A stretch of 64,000 bases of DNA, from NCBI GenBank assembly GCA_964016885.1, contig OZ024740.1:330398001-330462000 (forward strand), given 5' to 3'. Below are positions 1-15,199 of the stretch, in pieces (the stretch's first letter is position 1; every line of letters begins with the position of its first letter). Under the pieces are notes generated by a model, which was not told the DNA's origin, ran no database searches, and was given only the letters and a program-made list of their open reading frames with translations. Source of the DNA: Eledone cirrhosa (lineage: Eukaryota). Made by a program: the position numbers and the translations under genes.

Positions 1-1422
1 AAGAAACTTATAAACATCTAGGTGTGTATGAAGGAGACGGAATCAAGCACACGATAATAAGGGAAAGGATAAGGAAGGATATTTACCGCAGATTAAAGGC
101 AATCTTAAGAACGGAGTTGAATGCAAGGAATAGGATTGATGCCATAAACACACTGACCATACCAGTACTAACTTACAGTTTCAATGTCATCAACTGGTCA
201 AGTATAGAGATCCGTAGACTTGATACGAACATTAGAACATTCTTAACCATGCACAGAATGCATCACCCTAAGACAGATACAGTTTGAATATATCTCCCTA
301 GGAAAGAAGGAGGTCGTGGATTAATCCAGTTAGATATTTCTTTGAAAACTGCAACAGTTGGATTATCTACATATCTAAGGGAAACACGTGATTGGATGAT
401 CAAACTCGTTTTGAAACATGAAAGCTTCAAAAGATCATACTCCATTACAAAAGATGCTCATAGATACAGAAATCAACTACACATCTCAAAAGTTCCCTTT
501 ACGGCTGAAATCAAAAATAGAGAAAAAGCAAAGCAGGTAAAAGTAACTGCAAAGAAAGAACTGCTACAGAACCTGACTAAGAAATTACAAGAAAAGCCTA
601 TGTATGGAAAATACCCAGAAAGAGCTAATAATCCTGAAGTTGACAAAACTTAACCCATCAGTGGTTGGCATGCTCTAGACTGAAATCGGAGACTGAAGAT
701 CAGTGTCTGCCAATAAACAAATATCAAGACAACATCATAAAAAAAAAGATGTAAGACATTATGCCAAGTATGTAAAAATCAACCAGAAACCATTGTAAAT
801 ATAATTTCAATGTGCAGTCCTATAACTCCAACTGAATACCTACACAGGCACGACAGAGCTGGACAATACATACATTGGGTAATGTGTAAGCATTTTGTTT
901 TGCCGCACCAAAAGAAATAGTGGGAGCATCAAGCAACTCCCGTACTTGAAAAAGGTCACATCTCAATTTGGTGGAACATTATCATCCAAACAGACCGTAA
1001 AATAGATGCAAATAGACCTGATATAATAATGAAGGACTTGCAAAAGAGGGTATGCCAGCTAATTGATATGTCCCTTCCTACAGACAAGAATGTATCTATA
1101 AAAACATTTGAAAAAGTGAGCAAGTATAAAGATAGAAATTGGAAAAATGTGGAAGTTGAGAACTAAAACAACACCAGTGGTTGTAGGCACGCTAGGAATG
1201 ATACCTATCCCGAATCCCAGGAAAACCGCGTATAGAAGAAATACAAAGGATATGATTAATAGGAACTGCCGATATACTAAGGAAGATTCTGTTAATATAA
1301 ATACATCGCACGTCTAAACCCATAGAGATACATGTGTGTGTGTGTATGTGTTCTTTCCTGAACACGGTGATGTCACTGGTGTTGTCTTGGTGATAACTCG
1401 TATGGACATAAATCAATATAAA
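1..1422 (+). mobile_element. 3' part of an R4/Dong-like (RLE-type) non-LTR retrotransposon, degraded; runs off the window start
   Basis: ORF fragments 24-287 and 342-653 closely match the element at 41406-44851 (ELNARNRIDAINTL, YLPRKEGGRGL, KPMYGKYP). Downstream, broken frames give the CCHC knuckle (CQVCKNQPET), RHD, RPDII and K..KY restriction-like endonuclease motifs. Ends in (GAA)n. Confidence 0.92.
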
Positions 1423-1526
1423 TGAAAGAAGAAGAAGAAGAAGAAGAAGAAGAAGAAGAAGAAGAAGAAGAAGAAGAAGAAGAAGAAGAAGAAGAAGAAG
1501 AAGAAGAAGAAGAAGAAGAAGAAGAA
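1423..1526 (+). repeat. (GAA)n microsatellite forming the 3' tail/target of the R4/Dong-like copy
   Basis: Pure GAA run directly after the element 3' UTR. Confidence 0.95.
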
Positions 1527-1569
1527 GCGAAATAGCAAATATTATCAATATAACATCTTCATTTTACTT

Positions 1570-1662
1570 CATATGTGGCGCGTGTTTCGCAATCGATTAG
1601 CTCAATTCACGACCAGTAGTGTTGGGGCATGACACTGGAATCGATAGCTCATCAGACCTGTG
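1570..1662 (-). ncRNA. Type I hammerhead ribozyme motif with extended stem II (cleavage triplet mutated to GCC)
   Basis: Minus strand: cacaggt-CTGATGA-gctatcgatt...aatcgattgc-GAAAC-acgc-GCC-acatatg. Stem II pairs 9/10; stem I is partial. Confidence 0.7.
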
Positions 1663-1762
1663 GATTCACGGGAATATATATATATGTGTGTGTATGTGTT
1701 TGGTGTATGTGTATGTTTGTACAGTTTGATGGAGAGATAGATAGATTGGTACACACACACAC

Positions 1763-1828
<66 letters not shown>

Positions 1829-2509
1829 CACACACACGCACACACATACAAACACAAACACACACACCTATATATATATATTTATATAGATATAGATTTA
1901 GATATATTCTCATTTTAAACAAAATTATCCAGTCTATATAATAATCTTTATAATTTTATTGTTTGATTCGCCAGTATGAAATATCCAATTTATGTTAACA
2001 CCAATGTGTCACATTATGATAAGTGAATCATTAATAATATCTGTCTCATAGTAAATTTACCTAATTAAAAATATTAGATATTATGAAGATTACTTGTTCT
2101 ATAATATACCTAGAATTTATTTCCAATATTGACTGTAGGGCTGTTAGATTGTGGAAGTATAAAATCGATTAAATCTACATTAGTATGTGATTGTATTTCA
2201 TTTATCACATCCGGAAAATTGACGGTAAACTTGACACCATAACATATGAACTCAGAATAACGGAAGAATGTTTTAGTGAACGCATTTATCAAAGTATTTA
2301 TAAATTGTAGAAAACATTAATCACAGTTTCAAGGTAATTGCTTGAATTTAAAATGAATTATATACATCATTTGAAACTGTATATACAATGCGTTGAAAGT
2401 TTCGCTGTATATTATTCCTAAATAATTTTGACCTTAGATATCAAGAACGAACATCATCGCCTCCACTTGGATCGAGTTGTTAATACATTCCGACAGAAGG
2501 GACTTGTCA

Positions 2510-3100
2510 ATATTTCCACTTCCCCGAGCAGTCATTTCTGGTACCAGATCTGTATTTGGAATTTCCATCATTTATCTTAGTCTATAGCCGCTGTCGAAAT
2601 GAACATTTTAGAGGAAACTCCGATTATAACGTGCCAGTAGCATCTGGTGTCCTTTACGGGTTCCTGCTCTTAAATACCGTTATTAAATACTTGTTTCTAC
2701 TTTAGGCATAAGGCCAGCAATTACCCAGTGCATTACTGGTACTTTATTTTATCGACCCCGTAAGGATGAAAGGCAAAGTCAACCTCGGCGGGATTATTAA
2801 ATACTGCCGGCCAAAGAGATATGTTGGTCTCATCCGAGAAAAGGGGGAGGCTTACAAAGCATGGGTTGGTAAAAAAATACTCCTGCTTGCAAATACGATG
2901 GAGGGCGTGAAACTTAGCAGCAGAGTGGGCACAGGTGTCAAGCTTAAGACGTGAAAGGACATTTGATTTAAGCTGGGATCAGACGTAAAATCGACAAATA
3001 ATGTATTCTGGTACACCATCCTGTGACTCCGTAGTAACCATTTCGCCTCACGCATGCTTTCAGGACCTCGACCGAAAATAGTTGCATCCCTCCTAGGCGT
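2510..3100 (-). mobile_element. Old LINE (RTE-like) 3' fragment interrupted by a SINE
   Basis: Minus-strand remnants resembling LLYG..W (~3020-3040) and G.R.RGR (~2645-2670). No intact ORF. Confidence 0.35.
2692..2793 (-). mobile_element. 5'-truncated Nin-domain SINE with 12-bp TSD
   Basis: Reverse complement of gcctttcatccttacggggtcgataaaataaagtaccag. TSD ttattaaatact at 2680-2691 and 2794-2805. Confidence 0.88.
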
Positions 3101-3436
3101 AGAGAAAAAATGGCTTATCTACTAACCTAGTCACAAGAACATATTCTGATATACATCAGTGCATTTTAGAAGCGATATGTAAGCAATCTGAGACTGAAGT
3201 CACCGATGTCAAGGTATCAAAGGAATGATGAATTTCGGCTGCAAAATTAAAAGCCTTAAAAAGAGGAGTAATTATCCGGCTGTTCGTGGATATTTGAAAA
3301 GCCACATTAGCAATGACAATCGAGAGCGATAAGCCCGATTTTCAAAAAGTAAGGTATGTCTTATTATGTGTGTGAATGTATATATATATAAAATATAAAT
3401 ACATACATATTTATATACATATATGCATATAAACAT

Positions 3437-3500
<64 letters not shown>

Positions 3501-3532
3501 TCCTCTCTCTCTGTATATATATATATATATAT

Positions 3533-4412
<880 letters not shown>

Positions 4413-5096
4413 ATATAGATATATATGTATATACATATATATAATTAAAAATACACGCATACACACATACACACATGTGTATGTGTATGTATGTACATAC
4501 AATCATAATATTAATCTCATTACGCATTATGGCTACGTAAAAATAAACTAAACTAAATTGTTTTTATGCTACAATTTTATGAATTGAATTGATTGTAGAT
4601 ATCTTTCAAATTAATTTTCTCAATTTAAAACCCATATCGTGACAGTCAGACCATTATTAATCAGCAAATCATATTATATCAGCTGTAACATTTACAGTAG
4701 AAAGATTTTACATTCGTTTTAATTACTTTGCAACACGAATGTTATTGATCGATATGTCCCATTACTACTTCATCTATCATCTATATAACATAGTGAACAA
4801 AACGAAAAAACATTTTTTTAATTTTTTGTTACCTGTCTGACAGGTAGATCACCGTCAGAAATACAGAACCCCATTAATGTAGATCTTTTGCATTGCTGCA
4901 TGAACTGGTGTGCTGCAGTGTGTGCTTTCCAGTGTCCCATCTATTTACGCACACCTGTATATTCTAATGTTGTCCACATCATTTGCAGACACAATACATA
5001 CGATCAAGTCGGTTAATGTCTGGTATTATCTTTCAAGTAGTACAACGCAACGTAATGTTGAAGTAGTCGAACGATATGTACATGTGTTATTTACCT

Positions 5097-5437
5097 GCCA
5101 TTCTGAGTTCAAAACCCCCGCCGAGGTTAACTTCGCCTTTCATCCTTACGGGGTCTATAAAATAAAGTACCAGTAATGTACTGGGCAATTACTGGCCTTG
5201 TGTCAAAAGTAGAAACAATTATTATTGATATATTATTGATATACGGCGGTGGATTGGCAGTATCGGTAGAGAGTCGGACGCCTAGCTTTGACGCATAGAG
5301 TTACTGCTCTTGCCATTCTGAATTTAAATCCCGCCGAGGTTGACTTTGCCTTTCATCCTTACGGGGTCGATAAAATAAAGTACCAGTAATACACTGGGTA
5401 ATTGCTGGCCTTGTGCCAAAAGTAGAAACAATTATTA
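5097..5437 (+). mobile_element. Two tandem Nin-domain tRNA-derived SINEs (5'-truncated 5097-5224; full-length 5245-5437)
   Basis: A-box-like tggcagtatcgg, B-box-like gagttcaaa, Nin core gcctttcatccttacggggtcgataaaataaagtaccag, (ATT) tail. Repeated ttattgatata flanks. Confidence 0.9.
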
Positions 5438-6099
5438 TTGATATACACATTTTACTTATGTGTTTCAATACTACATTTTGGAATAAATCTACGCAATTTA
5501 GTGCGTTATATTTATTGGTTAATTATATGATTTGTTCGTGGGAGTATAGTATGCATTCATAAAACCTAATCTTTAATTTTGATTAATTTACTTCTCATCT
5601 GTAGAATGTTACTTGATGTGAACTGGTGAACAAATCCGTAGATTCTTTTGTTTGTCATAGTTAGTTGTGTTAATGATCAGCCGAATGCATCAATAATAGA
5701 GTGTACGTTTTTAATACTCAGACACTGTAACACATGATTAATGATTTTCGCCTAGTTTCACTAATAAACATATAGATGGCGCTTCTCTTACATAGGATGT
5801 CAAGTATAGAATGTCTACTTAAATTATATCAAGTTAGCTAATGGTACATTTCATTTCACGAAGATTTAGAGCTGATCCTGCTCTCCATCGCAAGCATTAT
5901 CTTTTCTCCGCCTCCTCGAACACTTTTGATTCGTCTTTATTTTTATCTATATCTCTCTCTTTCTTTCGCACTTTCTCTTTCTCTAAAAATGAACCCCCAT
6001 TGAAAAAAAAAAACTTTCTTTCGAATGTGAAGCAATTATGTTGCTTCTTATAATACCTAGTATATATGCGACTCACCACATCTCTATTTCCATAGAGAT

Positions 6100-6490
6100 C
6101 TCCCTTAATTGGAGCAGTTGTACCAGCCCATTATCGAATTAGTAATCGATCTCCTGCGAACCCACACGTGTTTACTAGGCCGAGATCATCTAACTACACT
6201 GGTCATCGATCGGCGCCTGAGCGCCTGCTTTCTACGAGTGAAGCAGGATTGTTATCTAGGCTTACTCCTCTAGATCTGACCTGAACTGCTTGACTATCCA
6301 ATGATAGCCATATCAGAGGCACCTTGTGTAGGATGTGGCTTTTCACCACGGAGGTCTTTCTTCCAAATGAGAGAGACCAGGTGCTCAGCTTGGATGAGAA
6401 TATATTTCTCTTCATCAGTTCACTGAGTGACATGTTGAACAGACACTACTATATCACGGGATCACCACAAAATCCATCCAGGACCCACTA
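6100..6490 (-). mobile_element. Possible highly degraded non-LTR retrotransposon RT fragment
   Basis: Minus strand gives GDP....LFN-like and W.LS.GR...VKS-like remnants in a GC-richer patch. No catalytic motif seen. Confidence 0.25.
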
Positions 6491-6999
6491 GCTACCTCTA
6501 CTACAGTTCAGCATACAATATGAACATAAATATTTTATAAATTAGTCATTTATATTTTGTTTTTGTTATAATAAATGTTTCCTTGCGTGTATCATGTAAA
6601 CTGGTGGTAAATAAATATTACATTCATGTGAGAGGATTTAATTAGTTTGTAAAATCTTGATCTGTTTGATTGTAAACACATTTCACATGGTTCGTTAATT
6701 AATTCGTATAATTATCAGGTTAATGTAATGTAAGCATAAGACAAAGAATTGTTTACACGAAACATAATTGTCATAGAACATTTTTTTACATCACACTAAT
6801 TAGAGATGTATACTCCTACACCTTAGAACATGTCTGTTAGTTGTGTGCTCAAATACAAGGTAAACAAACTCAAGAAATTAAGCGAAAACAATTCCTATTG
6901 TAAATGATTTTTAGAGAAAACATTCATTAACAGAAAACTGTCAACTATTTAAATCGTTTCCAAGGGTTATATTCCCAATTCTCTCAAGTATTATTTATA

Positions 7000-8008
7000 G
7001 TCATCGAGTAGATTATCAAGCCATAGTTCTGGCTGCCGGCCTCTGCTTCTCTTACCAGCCAACATTCCTTCCAGGCATGAATTACTCACACCACGAGTTG
7101 ATCTTTTTATATGACCGTATAGTTTAAGTACTCTTCACTTAACAATTGATGTAATTGGTCTAAGTCTGGTAATCTTGAGTAGCTTACTGATACAGAGACG
7201 GTCGCTGAGGCGCTTGTCAGTCATACGTCTCATCATATGGTTCTAGAATATCGAGAATTTCTGAAGTTAACTTGTCATCCATTTAACACAGTCAATATCA
7301 TATAACACAACTGGTAGGACGTAAGCATCTAAACTCTTAGCCTTCAAATGATAGGAAACTCGCTTTGATGTTAGTACTTCCTTGTTGGAGATTGGCAATG
7401 TTTTTATCAGTTGTCATACAATTTGTTTTGCAGACGTTGATGCGCAAGCCAGCCTCCAGCGAATGTATGGCCAGTATATTCAGAAACTCTTCCAGATCAG
7501 TTATATGGTAACTCATGATGGCTAGATCGTCTGCATAGCTAAGATTTCATAGGATTTTACCTCCTATGTGATAGCCAGAGGAGCATTCATCTTCAGTTTG
7601 GTAGATAAATGCAGCTATAACAATACAGAAAAGAAGTGCTGATAGTACTTCACTACCTTCAAGATGTCTATACAGAATGTAGTTCCCATATCTGCTTTCA
7701 TATATGTTGTGGAGTTGGTATAAGTTTTTCTTTCAGTGGGTTGATGTATTTTTGGTTAACTGAGGTCTTGTTGAAGCTGGGAATTTTCACATTGTCAAAG
7801 GCTCTTGTGAAGTTAATGAAGGTGATGTGCACAGAGTTGTTGAATTCTATTGATTTCAATATTGTTCAATATTTAGTGTCTGCTCTTCCAGGTTGATACG
7901 CAGGTTGTGTTTCAGGAAATTAGGCGTAAAGGTCTTACTTCACTCGTGCCTCAATAATACCCATGAAAAGCTTGTAAACGTGACTCAATAGGCTTATAGG
8001 ACGATGGT
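7000..8008 (-). mobile_element. RTE-clade LINE, RT and C-terminal part (pseudogene)
   Basis: Minus strand: HRPISLLSHVYKLF (~7965-8008), LSYADDLA (~7521-7543), C-terminal EGMLAGKRSRGRQPELWLD (~7010-7072). Confidence 0.85.
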
Positions 8009-9230
8009 CAGGTCACTCTTGAAGTCCACCTCCGTGCCCTCGAAGAGTGAACAGGAGGGCATCCTAGCGGCCTCAGATTGATATGACAGCTATGACTAGG
8101 GGAGCACACCAGCAACCTCAGACTGGTTTGATTTATACGAATAAAAGAAACACTCAGACAAAGAAAAAGACCTTTAATATCTGTACATACAACACACGTA
8201 ACATCAATGACCGTAATACCAACTCTCTTGAGACAATGATGTATGAACTTGAGAAAGTAAACTGGGATAATATCGGACTAACTGAGACTAAATCCAACGA
8301 GCACAAAATAAAGAGAAACTACGATACCGGACACTATATATATCTGTCAAGCAATGAGACTCGTGGGATTGATGGAGTGGGTTTCTTGGTGAACACAAAG
8401 TGCACATCATTAGTACACAGCTATCGACCTATATCAGACAGACTATATGTTCTGAGCTTGAGAAGTAAGTTTTGTAAACTCCTTCTTATCCAGTGCTACT
8501 TTCCCACAACGACACACCCAGATGAAGAAATCAATGAATTATATGACAACAAAGAGAAATCACCTCTCCCAGACGGGTGACTTTAAGTGTAAAATTGGGC
8601 AACTGAACGAATCATTCCCACCAAGTATTGGGAAATATACCACAGGTACATTTAACTTGAGAGACGAGCTTCTAGTCGAATTCTGTACGAGGAACAATAT
8701 GAAGATCACCAACACAATATTTCAAAAGAAAAACTGTTCATTTGGATATCACCAGGCAGTATAACTAAGAATCAAATGGACTTTATAATAGCAAGAAAAT
8801 CTTCAGCAAGATTAAGCATATGAGCCAGCTTTGCTCTTAACACTCCTGATATATCTGACCATGGCATGGTGAGCATAAGATTTCGCATCAACTTTCTTTG
8901 ACATTAAAGAACTAAAATACCATCGAAATTTAACTTAGACAAACTCTCATGTAACAAATCAGCAGGACGATTCAAACTCGGGTTGCAAAACCGTTTTACA
9001 GCTTTGCAATCTTATGAAGATTCCGACAAGATTTATGATACTATCTGCAGAGGCATAAAAGAAATATCTGAAGAGATTTTAACTAAAGAAAACATTTACA
9101 TCCCACAATGGATATCACAGCAAACAAAGTAAGCAAAGTCTGAAAACAAACATAGAACCAGAAGAGAATATGGCCACACATCAGCCCGATATATAATAGT
9201 AAAGACTGAAACCCAAAACCCCGTAGAATC
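8009..9230 (+). mobile_element. RTE-clade LINE, 5' UTR and AP-endonuclease part (inverted relative to its RT part)
   Basis: ORFs 8083-8580 and 8522-8764: NICTYNTRN, IGLTETK, GVGFLV, IQCYFPT, GDF.CKIG; further NQMDFII and SDH motifs in broken frames. Confidence 0.88.
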
Positions 9231-10080
9231 AAACAAACTTAAGCAAATATATATATATATAATTAATAAATACAATATCGGAGAAAGCTTTTTAGCGATA
9301 CTGCGGCCAAATTCCAATTCACTCAACAAACATTACGAAATAAGTGATTATATTCCCAATTATACGTTCGGGGTGCTAACTAAAAGTAGTCCGTGGAAAA
9401 TTGGCTGTATTATTTCATATGAGACATATCTAATATATCTCTTCCCAGACGGACGTCTGGTTTCATTATAGGATTCCTACAATTTGGGTGAAATTATACC
9501 AATTTATGTAGGAGCTTGTATACCATCAATAGATATATATTCAAGTGGGTGCCCCAATAATACTAATATTGATAATCTAACCAACATCAGTATTTAGCGA
9601 TAATCATCATCCTCTGTGCCTGAGGTATCTGTCAGGTTGCCAGTCCAGCAGTTTTAAAGAAGTGCTCAAACTGATTCAAAAAATGAGGAAGTAAATTACC
9701 GCCAAAAAAAAACAATACATGCGCATGACAATGAATTCTGAAAGGAATTCAGGCCACGTGCTAAGAACTCAATTGGAAATTGAAAAAAGATCTGTGTGTA
9801 CAACATTTGATGACACCCACAGATATTTTCTCGGGCAAAATAACAGAATGAGATATAAGGAACAATCCATATTCATATATAACAAATAAACAAAGAAATG
9901 CTGACCTTATATATATATATATATACACACACACACATTTATATATATATATATATATATATTTATATTAAAATATATATTCTCATTTTATTAAGGCAAA
10001 TACTGAGTCTAATTATCCTGCAGTTTCACCTGTTTATCCGGGTATATAAATACATGTCTTCTAGCTTCTGATTTCTATCA

Positions 10081-10795
10081 TTTGAGGTAAATTTTAGCGG
10101 ACGCCGTCATTGGCGGCAATTTGAAGTTCTAACAGTTTTTCTTCCTTAAGTTCCTCTCGTTATTCTTTGTATGCTAATACACTTGCACTTCAACTCGTTC
10201 TTCGATAAAGTTTGTTTATATTTTTATCACAGCTATTATACCTATCTATTTCGGAGGGAAACCGTGGCCTGAGATACGTTGGCTATTTCTCTTCTTTCGT
10301 TTTTCCCCTCCCATTTTCTTTCCCCCTCTTTCTTTTGTCCACACTTTCCCCTTCTTCGTGCCTCTTTTTTTTCCTCTCTTCTCTCCTTCTCCTACTCGTC
10401 GCTCTTTCTTGTTACTCCGGTTGCGTTAGAACTTGTGGTACTTTCTAACATCGAATTGGTGTAGAGTGGACGAATCCTACTTCTCTCTCTCCAATTTACA
10501 TACATCATGCAACTAGAAATATTTATTTTCTGTTGCACAAGCCGGCTATTTTATGAGGTACTCTCAAGTTAAATCGTGCGAAACTAACTCCGGTATGTCT
10601 CGTTAATTTTCTTCCTTTACTCCACTCTTAGTATCACTTATAGCCGCCGATATCTGTTCTTTAAGGTCAATTTTACCCGACGCCGTCATTGACGGTATTT
10701 TGTCCTTTTAACAAATTTTCTTGTTTTGAGTTTCTCTTATTTTTCAACTCGTTCTTCGAGAAACTTTTGTTTACATAAATTAACATATGTTTGTT
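10081..10795 (+). repeat. Diverged ~130-bp direct repeat pair (~10081-10220 and ~10661-10778)
   Basis: Shared blocks aatttta..gacgccgtcattg.cgg and ttcaactcgttcttcga about 580 bp apart. Confidence 0.7.
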
Positions 10796-12817
10796 TGTTT
10801 ATGAATGTATGTGTGCTTGTGCATGTGAGTGGGTGGGTTTGTGGTAATCTCTGCCGAACCATGCATAGGAAAACTTGCATAAAATCTGATATTTATTTCG
10901 TAGAGTTCTGGTACATTAACCTCAGTGATATTTTGTAAGCTGGAGAATCCACAATTTATATTATTCGTTTCTCTGTAACAATGTATCATTGTGATATAAC
11001 TGCTATTCATGTATACAATTTTAATAATGATTACGTTACTCACGATATGTTAAAACATTTACAAAATACTTTCATATAAAATACGCTCATGATATTTTAA
11101 ATTTTCTTTCCAAGTATCACGACAATGCCGTTTTTCAGAAAAGTTTCGAATCACAATTAAATTTTAAATGATTTTGTAATGGCCGATTAATAGACTAATT
11201 AAACATTTCGGATGTATTGTATTTCTATACGTAATGTGCATTATTTTCTCGAATAAATTGTATTCGCTCGAAAAGTTTTAAAAGAACTGTCACTTAAAGC
11301 TACATCCTTTATTCATTATTGATTTCTAACAACTCTGCGATTTATGCAGTTAGGGCGATGTAACTCTGATCTTTGTGTCTTTTGTGTAACCGTGATGACG
11401 TAATTTTATAGTTAAAGTATTTAGATTAATGGGGAACGAGCTGTGTTATGGAATCATCTTGCTAGTTGTTTCTTTCTTTTATAATCTGCTGAACTTTCTT
11501 TTTCTCTATTGATTTCGTTTAATAGTCTCTAGCAGAGGAGGGAGTAAAGTACACTTCATAATATGATAAGAATTTCCTGAAAGTCATTCAGCAGCTAAAA
11601 ACGGACGTGAAGGAATTAAAGCAAACTTTCGATGATATGACTTGTTGCCAGTTGCTCTAAATACATAGTTACCGAATGGAGACGTATGTTTTATGTTTCT
11701 TAGTTTAAATACAATAATGTACACGCAAGTAGTATGCCTGTCATTTATTGCTTTAAGTTAAGATCAATACGATGGTGAAAACTATTAAATTTCTCTCCTT
11801 CTAGGAATATATATGCATGGAATTTGCTTTGTTACATACCAGTTTTAGATTTTGAGAGGAGATTTTACAATGAGCGACTGGCATAATTTACCTGATAAGT
11901 AATGGGAACATTGTAATATATATGATAAGGTTCCTGTGAATACACTATATATACAATATTTCCACTATTTGCTTTTGTTTATGAGGATCACTGATAACAA
12001 CACCTACAGGTATATACGAATGGCATTGTCCTACGCTTTCATTTATATAGGTATGGGACATGAAACTTGATTCATAGCTATTTATTAAAAGTGAGTACGA
12101 TTAGAACGAGAAAGATACGTTCCTAACTCTTTCTCATCATGAAATTACTGGAATATGAAGAATTTGATTTCACACACATCACATTAATCTAATATGACAT
12201 TAATACCAGATCATCGAGGTTGTTAACGATGCATATCAAAGTTAACACATGTAGTCTGATCTACGTTAATAGATTCAAATGACTATTGGTATGTATATAA
12301 TACGAGTATATGATTTAAAAAAAAACATTAACGAACACTGTGTAATGTACAACATTTCAAACTGCACATATAGCAATCGTTATATTCTAATGTTAGCATT
12401 ACACTGTGGAACATTCACGGCTTCGTTATAGACTTATATAGAGGAAAATGCAAGTATCAGCTTGGGAGAGAGGTCAGATCTCCAGCATCTGTTTGCATTA
12501 ATAGTTTAAAATGTCGTGCGGTTACATTACTAAAGCACATAATATACAATTTTGTCTATTTAAAATAAATAAAGAGAAAAAAGTGTCATGAAACAAATCT
12601 GTAGTGGTTATATCCTTTCTAAACACGCAACTGCAATATAAATTTCTAACCCTGCCAAGTTCAGAAGAATTATACATATACACATACCGGCTTAAGTGTT
12701 TCATGACTAATAACATTACTAGATGACCAGATACAGAAGGAAGACATAATTGTTTTTCATACATACAAAAAACACATAAATAGATAACATCTCAGTTTTA
12801 ATATTTTTCATTCTCAA

Positions 12818-13378
<561 letters not shown>

Positions 13379-13380
13379 CG

Positions 13381-13417
<37 letters not shown>

Positions 13418-13424
<7 letters not shown>

Positions 13425-13822
13425 CAGATTAAAGTTTAAACAAAGAATCGGGGCTTTCACCGTTAACGGGATCATCTGAAACTAACAAAGTCAATCTGTA
13501 AACCCAGAAGTGGATATTTCAAATAAACGTTGCAACCGGAGGAAGACAGGAAGACGATACTTTGGTTCGTGGAAACGTTCCCTGGCAAAGAACGGGAAAA
13601 AACGAATATAATACGTCATTAACAGGAGCTGTGAAAAACAATTACACGCAAAGACAGAACCACGTTTATGATATAAAATAAGTCGTATACTAATGTTCTC
13701 TTAGGTGGTTGCAACGTTTTTTTAAATATCCACTTCTGCGTTTACAGATTGACTTTGTTAGTTTCAGAAGATCCCGTTAAGGGTGATAGCAGCGATCCTC
13801 TGCTTAAACTTTAATCTGTTAT
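13418..13822. repeat. Inverted repeat element (~120-bp arms at 13418-13537 and 13707-13822, ~170-bp spacer) in a TA tract
   Basis: ataacagattaaagtttaa...aacgttgcaacc versus ggttgcaacgtt...ttaaactttaatctgttat. Confidence 0.88.
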
Positions 13823-13917
13823 TTTAATAAATATTTGCTCTACAGTTCTTATATATTTGATATATATTTATCCTTATCGAGCCCTCTTTGGATTTTAGTC
13901 TTCACATTTATTATTAT

Positions 13918-14491
<574 letters not shown>

Positions 14492-14541
14492 GATAGAACA
14501 AACAAGCAAGTTGTGATGAGTAAGTACACACACACACACTC

Positions 14542-14574
<33 letters not shown>

Positions 14575-15199
14575 AATTGATAGATAGATAGATCTTGGTT
14601 AGATAGATCTTGGTTTACAATCATGATGTTGTGAGTTCGATTCCCGGACTATAGAAAAAGATATGCGACGTTACAGGCGTCAAACTTTATCGCCCTCTGC
14701 CTTCAAATTGGTTTAGAGTGGGGAGACTGGTATGCATGTGTGACTGCCGGTCTTTCACACAAACACACACCTTACCCGAAAAGAAGGTTTCTAGGTGCAA
14801 TTCCAAAAAGGTCTATATGTATTATTTAATGGATTTTGGCCAGCAATGCCCCCACGCCGCGTCTAATTTAGTACCTCTTCCTAGTGATATCTTTCTGATA
14901 ATGATTTACACATCAGTCATATTTTGGACACCATCGCCTTCTGTAATGAAAACATGTTGTTGCAGACATATCAACTTTTATATCAACGTTTATTTGAAAT
15001 GTCTTGAAGTAATGTATCCTGTACCTTTTGATGTTTAAGAGAATTGTTTATGTGCTGATATATTTTACTATGATTTAAAAGATATCAGTACCAGGTGACG
15101 TGATGAAATATGTGTCGCAATGTTGCTATGAGACGCGTGGAGGATTTTTTAATAGAGGATAGCAAGTGGATCATGTCTTAGAAAGATATTAATGATCAT

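Noticed and set aside
4831-4950. Possible minus-strand exon ending in a CAG|GTAACA donor
   Set aside because: No recognisable protein and no partner exons; cannot be supported without RNA data.
5245-5335. tRNA-like A and B boxes
   Set aside because: SINE head rather than a tRNA gene; no cloverleaf, and followed by the Nin core.
9240-9720. Faint resemblance to a PLE RT core on plus
   Set aside because: No intact motif (no clear DD); similarity too weak to call by eye.
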